Both the position numbers and the translations under genes were made by a program. From contig JBBIGR010000008.1 in assembly GCA_037447435.1 (NCBI GenBank), positions 64,001 to 128,000 of the forward strand: a stretch of 64,000 nt of DNA, read 5' to 3'. The stretch comes from Fibrobacteria bacterium (GTDB taxonomy: Bacteria; Fibrobacterota; Chitinivibrionia; Chitinivibrionales; FEN-1185). Positions 47,117 to 56,306 of the stretch are shown here, piece by piece. A model generated the notes under the pieces. It had not been told where the DNA came from. It was given only the letters and a program-made list of their open reading frames with translations, and did not search any database. Numbering within the stretch: position 1 is the stretch's first letter; every line of letters begins with the position of its first letter.

Positions 47117-49006
47117 ATGATTACATCGCGGTTACTAACTCATCCATTATTGAAGTATCGTTTACCTGTCATCGTTTTATTACATGCCTGTTTTGCGGCC
47201 TGTGCGCTTTACCTGTCATTTCTTCTTCGTTTTGACTTTACACTTGGGCGTGGAATTTATCCCAGGTTATTCTGGGTATCTTTGCCTCTAAACGTCCTTG
47301 TGTTTCTTATAATTTCTGGTGTTTTTAATTTGTACCAGGGCATCTGGCGTTATGTTAGCGTCGATGATTTAAAGGACATTGTTGAAACTTCAGCGATTTC
47401 GTCTCTAGGATTTATGTTTGCAATAATTATTAGCGGTCAATTTGCTGGATATCCCCGTTCTATTTATGTAATGAATTTTGCGTTGTTTATTCTTCTTAAC
47501 GGCGGTACCCGTTTTGGGATTAGAATTTTCCGTGAGTCTTTCGCTCCTCAAAGCGATACGGCGAAAAATGTGCTTATCGTTGGTGCTGGAACCGCGGGTA
47601 ATGAAATTGCAAAAACGCTCAAAGCGGCAAAACACAGAGAATATATTCCGATCGGGTTTATTGACAATGACAAAAGCAAATTGAATAAACGCTTGCAGGG
47701 CCTCAAGGTTCTTGGCGATGAAAACGCGATGCGGCATTTGATAAAAAAGCACCGGGTTCACGAAGTGTTTATTGCGATTCCAGCAGCAACCAATAAAGTT
47801 GTGAAAAAGATCATGGATTTGGCCAAGATCGCCGAATGGGACGTGAAATTTAAAATCGCTCCGTCGATGCTTGACATAATGAGCGGCAAACTTCAGATAA
47901 ACCAAATTCGTGACGTGTCAATTAATGACCTTTTATCCCGACCAAATATTACTCTTGACGACACGCATGTTCGTAAGCAACTTGCAGCCAAAACCGTTCT
48001 CATCACCGGTGCCGGCGGGTCTATAGGCTCGGAACTTTGCTATCAGGTTGCGGCGTACAGGCCGACAAGGATGATATTGCTTGATGCAGGAGAACAGAAC
48101 GCGTATGAGGTTGATCAGGATCTCAAGAAGCGGCATCCGGACATCGTGATTCATACGGTAGTAGGAAATATGCTCGATCAGGGATTCATGGACATGCTCA
48201 TGCGGAAATATTCGGTTGATTACATTTATCATGCCGCCGCATATAAACATGTCCATTTGATGGAATGGAATCCGCTCGCAGCATTAAAAAATAACGTGTT
48301 GGGGACGGCAATGCTTGCCGGCCTTGCCGAACGCCATGGCGTCAAGCAATTCGTCATGATATCAACCGACAAGGCGGTCAATCCTCGCGGAATCATGGGA
48401 TTGTCGAAACGGCTTGCGGAACGGGTTGTTTTGGAGCGGCACAAGTCGGGAACGTTGTTTAATGTTGTGCGTTTCGGCAATGTGCTTGGGTCTAGCGGGA
48501 GCGTTATTCCGCTTTTTCAAAGGCAGATAAAAGACGGCGGACCGGTTACGGTGACCGATCCCGAAACAAAGCGGTTTTTCATGTCTATTCCCGAAGCAGT
48601 ACAGCTCGTGTTGCAGGCATCGACGCTCAATGAATCGAATGCGATTTTCATGCTTGAAATGGGCGAACCCATCAAGATCGTTGACCTTGCGAAAAACCTC
48701 ATAGAATTGTCGGGACTAAAAGTAGGCGAAGACATAGAGATTGTCTTTACCGGTATGAGAGCGGGAGAAAAAATAAAGGAAGAACTTTTATCGGCTCAGG
48801 AAAACCTTTTAAAAACACCGTTCGATAAAGTGCGGTTGCAACGAAACACGAACTTCGATCCCGACAGAATAGAAAAATTCATTCACAATCTTAGGTCTAA
48901 TGTCGAAATCGGGAATGTGCGTGCCGTTTACGACGATGCAAATGAACTGGTCCCGGAAATGCTTGGTCCCAGTTTTGACGAAATGATGAAGAACATGTTT
49001 GCCTGA
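47117..49006 (+). CDS. Membrane-bound UDP-GlcNAc 4,6-dehydratase (WbpM/PglF/CapD family)
   Basis: Four N-terminal TM segments, IVGAG, TGAGGSIGSEL, HAAAYKHV, ISTDKAVNP, VRFGNVLGSSGSV, GEK. Confidence 0.93.
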   Translation: MITSRLLTHPLLKYRLPVIVLLHACFAACALYLSFLLRFDFTLGRGIYPRLFWVSLPLNVLVFLIISGVFNLYQGIWRYVSVDDLKDIVETSAISSLGFMFAIIISGQFAGYPRSIYVMNFALFILLNGGTRFGIRIFRESFAPQSDTAKNVLIVGAGTAGNEIAKTLKAAKHREYIPIGFIDNDKSKLNKRLQGLKVLGDENAMRHLIKKHRVHEVFIAIPAATNKVVKKIMDLAKIAEWDVKFKIAPSMLDIMSGKLQINQIRDVSINDLLSRPNITLDDTHVRKQLAAKTVLITGAGGSIGSELCYQVAAYRPTRMILLDAGEQNAYEVDQDLKKRHPDIVIHTVVGNMLDQGFMDMLMRKYSVDYIYHAAAYKHVHLMEWNPLAALKNNVLGTAMLAGLAERHGVKQFVMISTDKAVNPRGIMGLSKRLAERVVLERHKSGTLFNVVRFGNVLGSSGSVIPLFQRQIKDGGPVTVTDPETKRFFMSIPEAVQLVLQASTLNESNAIFMLEMGEPIKIVDLAKNLIELSGLKVGEDIEIVFTGMRAGEKIKEELLSAQENLLKTPFDKVRLQRNTNFDPDRIEKFIHNLRSNVEIGNVRAVYDDANELVPEMLGPSFDEMMKNMFA

Positions 49007-49014
49007 AGGAGTTT

Positions 49015-49791
49015 ATGCTTTTCCTTTCCAAATTAATCCAAATGTTTTTTTATCCTGTCGGACTTTCAATCGCGCTTGCGGTTGCCGGCGGCGTTTTTTT
49101 AGTTTTGCAGAAAAAGAAAACGGCAATCTTTCTCGTTTTCTCGTCTATTGGCATACTAAGCATCTTTTCCTGCCCCGTGGTGGCGCATGCCATTGTGAGA
49201 AGTCTGGAAAGTAAATATGATCCGCCTGCGGATTTTCCCAAAGTTTCGGCCATAGTGCTTTTGGGAGGTTGCACCAAATCACCGGTATCGCCGCGCCGCT
49301 ATACGGAACCGAGCTGCGCCGGAGACCGTATGGTCAATGCGGCGCGCTTGTATCGCAAAGGCTATGCGCCGGTGATCGTATCCACCGGCGGAAAAATCAC
49401 GTTTATGTACGATTACTCCGGGTCCGAAGCGCAAAATATGGCGGATTTCCTGACAGAGACCTGTCGCATCGATTCGTCGAAAATTTTATTGGAAGATAAA
49501 GCCAAGGACACGCACGGTAATGCAACCTATACCCTGGAATTACTTCGCGAGCACGGGCTAAATAAGGATATTATTTTAGTTACCAGCGCAATGCATATGT
49601 ATCGTTCCGTAAAAATATTCAAAAAATGCGGATTTACCGTTTATCCGGCGCCGGCTGATTTTAGGGAGGATAAAAAGGTGCAAAAGAATATCTTTGCATA
49701 CTTTCCGAATGCCGAAGCGCTGAGCAACTCGACCGATGCGTTGCATGAATATTATGGTTTGATTGCCTATAAGATCGTCGGATGGTTGTAA
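49015..49791 (+). CDS. YdcF/ElyC (DUF218) family envelope protein
   Basis: Two N-terminal TM segments, LESKY, IVLLGG, TGG, SEA, EDKAKDTHGNA, LVTSAMHMYRS, HEYYG. Confidence 0.88.
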   Translation: MLFLSKLIQMFFYPVGLSIALAVAGGVFLVLQKKKTAIFLVFSSIGILSIFSCPVVAHAIVRSLESKYDPPADFPKVSAIVLLGGCTKSPVSPRRYTEPSCAGDRMVNAARLYRKGYAPVIVSTGGKITFMYDYSGSEAQNMADFLTETCRIDSSKILLEDKAKDTHGNATYTLELLREHGLNKDIILVTSAMHMYRSVKIFKKCGFTVYPAPADFREDKKVQKNIFAYFPNAEALSNSTDALHEYYGLIAYKIVGWL

Positions 49792-49829
49792 TTATTTATT
49801 GATACGAAGCTACGGCTTTTCCCCGGTTA

Positions 49830-50327
49830 TTATCTTTTGATTTTTGCGATGAGTTTCTCAAGCCCGGCTATTGCTGCCTGCAATCTTACTTCCTGCCTGT
49901 TTCCTTTAAAAATGCATTTGTAACTCCACGCTTTTTTTTCCGCATAAATTCCAATGTAAACAAGCCCTACCGGTTTTTTAGAACTGCCGCCGCCCGGTCC
50001 TGCTATGCCCGAAACCGCAATTGTACAATCGGCTCCAAACAGTCCGGCCGCGTTTTTTGCCATAGCCAGTACCGTTTGCTTGCTTACTGCGCCGTGTTTG
50101 TCAAGTATTTCGGCAGGAACACCCAGAATGCTTTGTTTAACGGTATTACTATACGCGATAATGCCGCCTAAAAAATATTCGGAAGAACCGGATATGGACG
50201 TCACGGCACTTCCGATCATACCGCCGGTGCACGATTCGGCAACGCAAAGCGAGACTCTTTTTTTACTAAGCAATGTGCCCAAAGATCGGGACAATGCAAA
50301 GAGAGATTGTTTTGGAGCGCTTTGCAA
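49830..50327 (-). CDS. pncC: CinA C-terminal domain protein / NMN deamidase
   Basis: AESCTGG, GSS, YSN..K...LGV, GAVS, SGIAGPGGG...KPVGLV. Confidence 0.9.
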   Translation of the reverse strand: MQSAPKQSLFALSRSLGTLLSKKRVSLCVAESCTGGMIGSAVTSISGSSEYFLGGIIAYSNTVKQSILGVPAEILDKHGAVSKQTVLAMAKNAAGLFGADCTIAVSGIAGPGGGSSKKPVGLVYIGIYAEKKAWSYKCIFKGNRQEVRLQAAIAGLEKLIAKIKR

Positions 50328-50332
50328 TGGTT

Positions 50333-51160
50333 TTATCCTTGAACTTGCTTATACGAGGGTTTTGAAAACTTTTTTATCATAAGGGCTATAAAGTAACAGA
50401 CCCCCGCAACCAAAATTATTGTTGCTCCCGAAGTAAGATTAAAATAAAAGGAAAGCAATAATCCACAAAGAGTGAAAACCATTCCCAGTATCGATGCGAT
50501 GACCATTATCCTGCCGAGTTTCCGGGTGAACAATTCGGCGATTGAAGCGGGAATGGTAAACAGGGCAATGACAAGGATGAGTCCGACAACCCGAATCAGG
50601 ACAACGATGCACAGCGCAATCAGAATAAGAACGAGATAATACAACATTTTCACGGGAACGCCGCTGATTTGCGAAAATTCCTCATCATAGGACATGCCCA
50701 CAAGTTCTTTATATAAAAACATGACAGAACAGAGAATGAGAATGTCGAGTATCGCCATGAATACGATACTTTGAAAAGGAACCGCCAAAATACTGCCGAA
50801 CAAATAGCTCATAAGATCGACATAATATCCTTTTGTCAAATCTATCATGAGAATGCCGAACGCCATGCCGATCGCCCAAATAACGCCGACGGTCGTATCG
50901 GCACGCTCTTTTTTTTCCGCCGTTACATACCCCATTACCCAAGACGAAAGTAAAGAAAACAGCATTGCTCCGGCGAGCAACGGCCATTTGAAGAAGGCGG
51001 CCAATCCCAGCCCGCCGTATGCGGCATGGGCAATTCCGCCGGACAAGGAGGATAGTCTGTTGACGACAACGAGACTCCCGACTATACCGCACGCTATGCT
51101 CACGAGGATACCCGCATAGAGGGCATTACGCATGAATTCATAATGAAAAATATCGAACAT
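50333..51160 (-). CDS. znuB: Zn/Mn ABC transporter permease
   Basis: FMRNAL, GIAHAAYGG, LMSYLFGSIL, DEEF, VGLILVIAL. Confidence 0.9.
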   Translation of the reverse strand: MFDIFHYEFMRNALYAGILVSIACGIVGSLVVVNRLSSLSGGIAHAAYGGLGLAAFFKWPLLAGAMLFSLLSSWVMGYVTAEKKERADTTVGVIWAIGMAFGILMIDLTKGYYVDLMSYLFGSILAVPFQSIVFMAILDILILCSVMFLYKELVGMSYDEEFSQISGVPVKMLYYLVLILIALCIVVLIRVVGLILVIALFTIPASIAELFTRKLGRIMVIASILGMVFTLCGLLLSFYFNLTSGATIILVAGVCYFIALMIKKFSKPSYKQVQG

Positions 51161-51203
51161 GAAAATCTTTAACCCTTCGGCTCCCTAGCGGAGCGTTTTT
51201 GAA

Positions 51204-51980
51204 TTAATCGTGATTATGGTACACACGATGCGGCAAACCGTGAGCAATGATATCCACCGGACAACCGAATGTGGCGGTAATGCTTTTTTCATCGAGTATG
51301 CCGTCGGGATGATAAAAAAGCGATTTGTTAATACAAGCGACCGAACGGATATAGGTGGAAACCGCGCCGACATTGTGCGTGACCAGCACGACCGTTGTTC
51401 CGGTTTTATTTATTCGTAAAAGAAATTCGTAAATTTCATCCTGACCAAGGGTATCTATCGAAGCGGTCGGCTCGTCGAGAAATAAAATTTTGGGTTCCGA
51501 TACCAACGCCCTCGCCAACAGCACTTTCTGCCTTTGGCCGCCCGACAGGTCGCCGATGCTTTTGTTCACCAGATGCGATAATTTCAATTCGTCAAGAATT
51601 GCCGAGGCTTTTTTTCGGTCGGATTTGGTGTAGCGATGAAACAACGGGCGTCTTGACAAAAGTCCCATTAATACGACGTCCAAAACCGAAATGGGAAACC
51701 ATTTGTTCGAAGAGGTTTCCTGCGGGATATAGCCGGCGCGTATTCTGGTCTTTTGCGGAACGTCGCCTAAAAGTTTGACCGTCCCCATTTGAGGTTTCAG
51801 GACGCCGAGCGCGATCCGAAGCAGGGTCGTTTTCCCGCCGCCGTTAGGCCCGATAATGCCGACGAAATCGCCTTCTTTTATTGTGAGCGTAATGCGATCA
51901 AGGACGATTTCGTCGGCATATTTATACGACACATCGAGAAGCTCGATGACCGGTTCTTTATTTGTTGACAAGGTATCCAT
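51204..51980 (-). CDS. znuC: Zn/Mn ABC transporter ATPase
   Basis: GPNGGGKT, GYIPQ, LSGGQRQ, LDEPT, VTH; His-rich C-terminus. Confidence 0.9.
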   Translation of the reverse strand: MDTLSTNKEPVIELLDVSYKYADEIVLDRITLTIKEGDFVGIIGPNGGGKTTLLRIALGVLKPQMGTVKLLGDVPQKTRIRAGYIPQETSSNKWFPISVLDVVLMGLLSRRPLFHRYTKSDRKKASAILDELKLSHLVNKSIGDLSGGQRQKVLLARALVSEPKILFLDEPTASIDTLGQDEIYEFLLRINKTGTTVVLVTHNVGAVSTYIRSVACINKSLFYHPDGILDEKSITATFGCPVDIIAHGLPHRVYHNHD

Positions 51981-52052
51981 CGTTTTTATTGCTTTCGAAC
52001 AGCGACGTGTTTGTTCTCTTTTTCAAATAAGCTTCATATCCGATAACGCAAA

Positions 52053-52925
52053 TCAGTTTGCCCGGGCCGCGAAATTTTTCGCGACATTCAAAAGATTGTT
52101 TTGCCAGTCGTAAGCGAGACCGTCGGCATCGACGACTTTCGCGCCGATTTCGTTTGCAATGATTTCGGCGGTCTTTTTCGAATATTCGGGTTGTGCGAAA
52201 ACCGTTGTGATTTTATACCGGCGTGCAGTGTCCAGTAATGCCTTCATGGTTTGAGGGCTTGGTTCTTTGCCGTCTATTTCGATCGCAATTTGCGACAGGC
52301 AATAGTCTTTTGCGAAATATCCCCAGGTCGGATGAAAAACCAGAAACGGTCTTTTGTTTTGCAGCGAATCGCAAGGCAACAGAGCCTTGATATGTGCGTC
52401 GAGCGAATCGATTTCAACGGAAAATGAATCGCAATTTTTAATAAAAACCGACGCATGCGCCGTATCGAGACGAGCCAGGGCCAAAGCGATGACGGCGATT
52501 TGCCGTTTCACGAGCTTTGGCGATAACCAAATATGAGGGTCCCGGCCGTTTGGTTCGCGGTCATCTTTATCGCCGGAAGCCAGTTTCGAAATCGACGAAT
52601 CGGTCTTTACAATCGACATTGACGGCGCCAAAGCGGAAAATTTCGGGAGCCAAGGGCCTTCGAATTCCAGGCCGATGCAAAAATACGCTTTGGCTATTGA
52701 CAACAAAGACATCTGTTGGGGTTTCGGCTCATAGGCATGCACGTTCATGCCCGGCGGAACCATAACCTGGCAATCGAAAATCCCGCCGCTGATTTTGTCG
52801 ACAAAGTATTTCTGCGGTACGATGCTGACGAAAACAATCGGCTTTTTAATCGCCGAAGACGGATTTGTCTTGCAAGACAGCGGAATTAAAAAAAGGCATA
52901 TTGCCAATAAAAAATGCTTACCCAT
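52053..52925 (-). CDS. znuA: Zn ABC transporter substrate-binding lipoprotein
   Basis: Lipobox PLSC, VSIVPQKYFV, HAYEPKP, DPHIWLSP, VFHPTWGYF, IEIDGKEP. Confidence 0.9.
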   Translation of the reverse strand: MGKHFLLAICLFLIPLSCKTNPSSAIKKPIVFVSIVPQKYFVDKISGGIFDCQVMVPPGMNVHAYEPKPQQMSLLSIAKAYFCIGLEFEGPWLPKFSALAPSMSIVKTDSSISKLASGDKDDREPNGRDPHIWLSPKLVKRQIAVIALALARLDTAHASVFIKNCDSFSVEIDSLDAHIKALLPCDSLQNKRPFLVFHPTWGYFAKDYCLSQIAIEIDGKEPSPQTMKALLDTARRYKITTVFAQPEYSKKTAEIIANEIGAKVVDADGLAYDWQNNLLNVAKNFAARAN

Positions 52926-52937
52926 GTTTTTAAAATA

Positions 52938-52952
52938 AATGAAGCATTCATT
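52938..52952. promoter_or_regulatory. Candidate Fur/Zur-family operator
   Basis: AATGAA-GCA-TTCATT inverted repeat (7-1-7-like) in the 60-bp divergent znuA/ABC-F gap. Confidence 0.4.
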
Positions 52953-52985
52953 GCCCGCGTGTGAGAGAAGTATTTTCGAGCAATT

Positions 52986-54911
52986 ATGATATCATTGCAA
53001 GGAATACGAAAACAGTACTCGAGTCAAATCATATTCGAAAATATGAACGTTTCTTTTTTTGACGACGATCGTATCGCCCTCATCGGAAGGAATGGAACAG
53101 GCAAAACCTCACTGCTTCGTCTTATTGTTGGAAAAGAAGAGCCGAACAACGGCAACGTTTCCATTTCCTCGGGCACGACGATCGGGTATTTGCCGCAGGA
53201 AATAGAGATCGTCCGCGACGTGAGCCCCATGGAAATCGTGTTGGAACCATATTCCAATTTATTGTCTTTTGAAGACGTGTATGCCGCGGCCGCGACTTCA
53301 TGCGACCATCATGACAAAAACCATTTGAAAAAAGCGCTTGAAAAAATCGACGCGTTGCAATCGCAAATGGAATATGTCGATGCTTTTTCTCTTGCCTCAA
53401 AGGCCAAATCGATATTGGCCGGCCTTGGCGTGCCTCCGGAAAAATGGGAGCTTCCGGTACAGGAATTGTCGGGCGGTTACCGTATGCGTGTCATGCTTGC
53501 CCGTCTTTTGCTGTTGTCGCCGTCGATGTTGCTTCTGGACGAACCTACAAACCATTTGGACATCGATTCCCTCATTTGGCTGGAATCGTTTTTGCGAAGA
53601 TATAAAGGCGGGCTCATTGTCGTAAGTCATGACCGGGATTTTTTGAATCGGGCCACCGGCATAACCGCCGAACTTACCGGCGGCGATATTGTTGTTTACA
53701 AAGGAACTTACGACCAATACGTTAATTATAAAGAGGAGCGGGAAAAGTCGGATGAAAATACCCGCTCGAACCTTGAGCGTCAGATTGCGCAAAAGGAACG
53801 TTTTATAGAACGGTTCAGAGCAAAGGCAACCAAGGCGTCGCAGGTGCAGTCACGGGTAAAGGCCATGGAGGCGCTTAAGGAACAAATGCCCGAAGCAAAA
53901 ACCGTGGGCCCGACGGTCCGCTTTCGGTTTCCTATGCCGCAACCAAGCGGCGGCATGCCCCTCAAACTGGAAAATGTCTCGGCCGGGTATAATACCACAC
54001 CGGTGTTTAAAAAACTCAATCTGAGCGTCAACCGCGGCGATAAAATTGCAATCGTGGGCCCCAACGGGGCCGGAAAATCCACCCTGTTAAAGCTTTTTGC
54101 CGGTGCGATAAAGCCGATGGAAGGAATTTGCACCATAGGGCATAATGCCGATATCCGCTATTTCGGACAGCATCAACTCGATCAATTGGACCCAGAGAAA
54201 ACCCTGTATGAGACCGTTCAGCAGGCGAGCGGCTCGGGGGAGCGGACATTCATCCAAAATGTGTTGGGAGCATTCCTCTTTTCCGGAAACGACGTACTCA
54301 AATTGGTAAAGGTTCTTTCCGGCGGGGAAAGGTCGCGTCTCGTATTGGCGACCATATTATCGAAACCCGGCAATGTATTGGTACTGGACGAACCCACGAA
54401 CCATTTGGATATGCAATCGGTCGACATGCTGACTATGGCGCTCAACGAATTCAACGGCACGGTCGTTTTCGTGTCGCATAACGAATATTTCATTTCGCAA
54501 ATAGCAAATAGGATCATCGAGATGCGGCCGGGAATCGTCCGCGATTTTGCCGGCACGATTTCCGAATATCGTTCATTTTTGGAAGCGGGCTATATGCAAA
54601 GCGATGAGACAAGTCCCATCGCACGAAAAGCCGCAATCGAAACCGAAACCGCGAAACAGGACAAAATAAAAAGAAAAGAAGAACGGCGCGTCGTGCAAAG
54701 AAAGATCGAACGGTTGGAAAAAGAAATCGATACCGGCGAAAAGGAATTAAAAACGCTCGATGCCGTATTGAACGATCCGGCGAACTCGGCAAACTTCTCG
54801 CTGCTTCACGATACCGCCCTGGCAATGAATGCATTGAAAAAGAAAAATGAAGATTTGGTCGTGGAATGGGAAGGGTTGCAGATACGATTGGCCGAGTTGG
54901 AAGAAATGTGA
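52986..54911 (+). CDS. ABC-F family ATPase (YheS/Uup-like ribosome-associated factor)
   Basis: Two ABC domains (GRNGTGKT, LSGG, LDEPTNHLD; GPNGAGKS, LSGGE, LDEPTNHLD), no TM segments, FIERFRAKATKA linker, C-terminal coiled coil. Confidence 0.93.
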   Translation: MISLQGIRKQYSSQIIFENMNVSFFDDDRIALIGRNGTGKTSLLRLIVGKEEPNNGNVSISSGTTIGYLPQEIEIVRDVSPMEIVLEPYSNLLSFEDVYAAAATSCDHHDKNHLKKALEKIDALQSQMEYVDAFSLASKAKSILAGLGVPPEKWELPVQELSGGYRMRVMLARLLLLSPSMLLLDEPTNHLDIDSLIWLESFLRRYKGGLIVVSHDRDFLNRATGITAELTGGDIVVYKGTYDQYVNYKEEREKSDENTRSNLERQIAQKERFIERFRAKATKASQVQSRVKAMEALKEQMPEAKTVGPTVRFRFPMPQPSGGMPLKLENVSAGYNTTPVFKKLNLSVNRGDKIAIVGPNGAGKSTLLKLFAGAIKPMEGICTIGHNADIRYFGQHQLDQLDPEKTLYETVQQASGSGERTFIQNVLGAFLFSGNDVLKLVKVLSGGERSRLVLATILSKPGNVLVLDEPTNHLDMQSVDMLTMALNEFNGTVVFVSHNEYFISQIANRIIEMRPGIVRDFAGTISEYRSFLEAGYMQSDETSPIARKAAIETETAKQDKIKRKEERRVVQRKIERLEKEIDTGEKELKTLDAVLNDPANSANFSLLHDTALAMNALKKKNEDLVVEWEGLQIRLAELEEM

Positions 54912-54935
54912 CCTTATAATCAGCAGGAAATATAT

Positions 54936-55016
54936 TTAGTACCTATATTTGAATTGTCTGCGCCTTTAGCGTAGATAATATATAAAGTAAACTTATCCCA
55001 TGCGATTAGTACCTAT
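54936..55016 (+). repeat. 11-bp direct repeat TTAGTACCTAT (two copies) upstream of the radical SAM gene
   Basis: Exact copies at 54936-54946 and 55006-55016, 70 bp apart. Confidence 0.7.
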
Positions 55017-55044
55017 TTAAAATTTCGCAAAAAAGGAATCTGTA

Positions 55045-56256
55045 ATGGCCAAGTTTAAAGGAAAAGCACTGCTCCCGACACAATTCGTGCTCAATTCGAT
55101 TGTGCCGCCGCTGCTCTCGTTTCAGGACATGAAATATTGGCAGATGCTGCCGCATCAGTTCCGTAAATATTTGGTTCCTCATAAATGGGACACCAACATT
55201 CCGGTGGGCCAGATTTCGCTTCGAGTCAATGAAGTGTGCAATTTACGTTGCAAATCGTGCGGCCAATGGGGCGAAAACGGCCATTTGACCGCAAAATTGG
55301 CCCGTGGTGAAAAGTTGCAGCAATTGGATTTTGATGTTGTCAAGCGCGTGGTTTTCGAAACCCGTCGCGATAAACCGTATTATTATATTTGGGGCGGCGA
55401 GCCGACGATGTGGAAACCGCTCGTGTCCTTGTTCGAAGAATTGGCAAAATACAAACTCCTGGGGTCAATTGTCACCAACGCGCAGGCCCTGGATCCGATC
55501 ATCGAACCGCTCATGGAAACCGGCGCATTGTCGGTATTGTTTTTAAGTCTTGACGGATGGGACGCGCCGTCGCAAAACCTCATGCGTTCTCCTGCGGGCG
55601 GGACATCGGAAAATTTCGAAAAAACAATGGCGATAATCGATAAAGTCGATGAAATTAAAAAACGTAAAAATCTGAAATTCCCGTTGATCATACCGATTTC
55701 CGTCATTTCCAATTCAAATTATAGTCACCTCGTCGACATCCATAAGCTTGTGATCGATAAAACGCAGTTACATCCGTTTTACTTCGGCTGGTTTATCACC
55801 GAAGAACGTTCGGCGCTTCACGAAAAGGTATTTGAAGACCGTTTCGGTTATAAGCCGAAAAATCATCAGGGATATTTGAAGTCGTGTTTTAACGATGTCG
55901 ATCCCAAAGTCACGGCCGAACAAATTGCCGAGATCCAAAGAATATCGAAAGGCAGACAATCGGTCCCGCAGTTTTTGCCCGACATCACCACGGAAAAGGA
56001 AATCGCACGGTATTACGCGGACCATGCATGGCATTGCGGATATCCTAAATGCGAAAGCGTTTATTTCATTGCGGAAGTTTCCCCCGACGGTCGCGTGACG
56101 CCTTGTCGTGATTATCAAGATTATACGGCGGGTAACATTAACGACCAGACGTTTTACGACATATGGCACGGAGAAAAATTCAAGACGTTCCGCAGGGAAA
56201 TGGAAAAAGGTCTGATGCCCGTGTGTACGAGGTGCTGCGGTCTGCAAGGGTTCTGA
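55045..56256 (+). CDS. Radical SAM protein with a C-terminal SPASM/twitch domain
   Basis: CNLRCKSC (CxxxCxxC), WGGEP, VTN, SLDG; C-terminal C...DGRVTPC...GNI...IW...CTRCC. Confidence 0.92.
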   Translation: MAKFKGKALLPTQFVLNSIVPPLLSFQDMKYWQMLPHQFRKYLVPHKWDTNIPVGQISLRVNEVCNLRCKSCGQWGENGHLTAKLARGEKLQQLDFDVVKRVVFETRRDKPYYYIWGGEPTMWKPLVSLFEELAKYKLLGSIVTNAQALDPIIEPLMETGALSVLFLSLDGWDAPSQNLMRSPAGGTSENFEKTMAIIDKVDEIKKRKNLKFPLIIPISVISNSNYSHLVDIHKLVIDKTQLHPFYFGWFITEERSALHEKVFEDRFGYKPKNHQGYLKSCFNDVDPKVTAEQIAEIQRISKGRQSVPQFLPDITTEKEIARYYADHAWHCGYPKCESVYFIAEVSPDGRVTPCRDYQDYTAGNINDQTFYDIWHGEKFKTFRREMEKGLMPVCTRCCGLQGF

Positions 56257-56264
56257 GAGCCAAA

Positions 56265-56306
56265 GCGTACGGCGGATATTCTTATTCTGCAATATCCGTC
56301 GTGTGC
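56265..56306 (+). terminator. 16-bp stem-loop at the convergent rSAM/kinase junction (possible terminator or 3' stabiliser)
   Basis: GCGTACGGCGGATATT pairs with AATATCCGTCGTGTGC (3 G-U pairs, 10-nt loop). No U-tract follows. Confidence 0.45.

Noticed and set aside
51180..51200. GCTCC-CTAGC-GGAGC hairpin plus T-tract between znuC and znuB
   Set aside because: Only a 5-bp stem, and the T-tract is on the strand opposite the genes.
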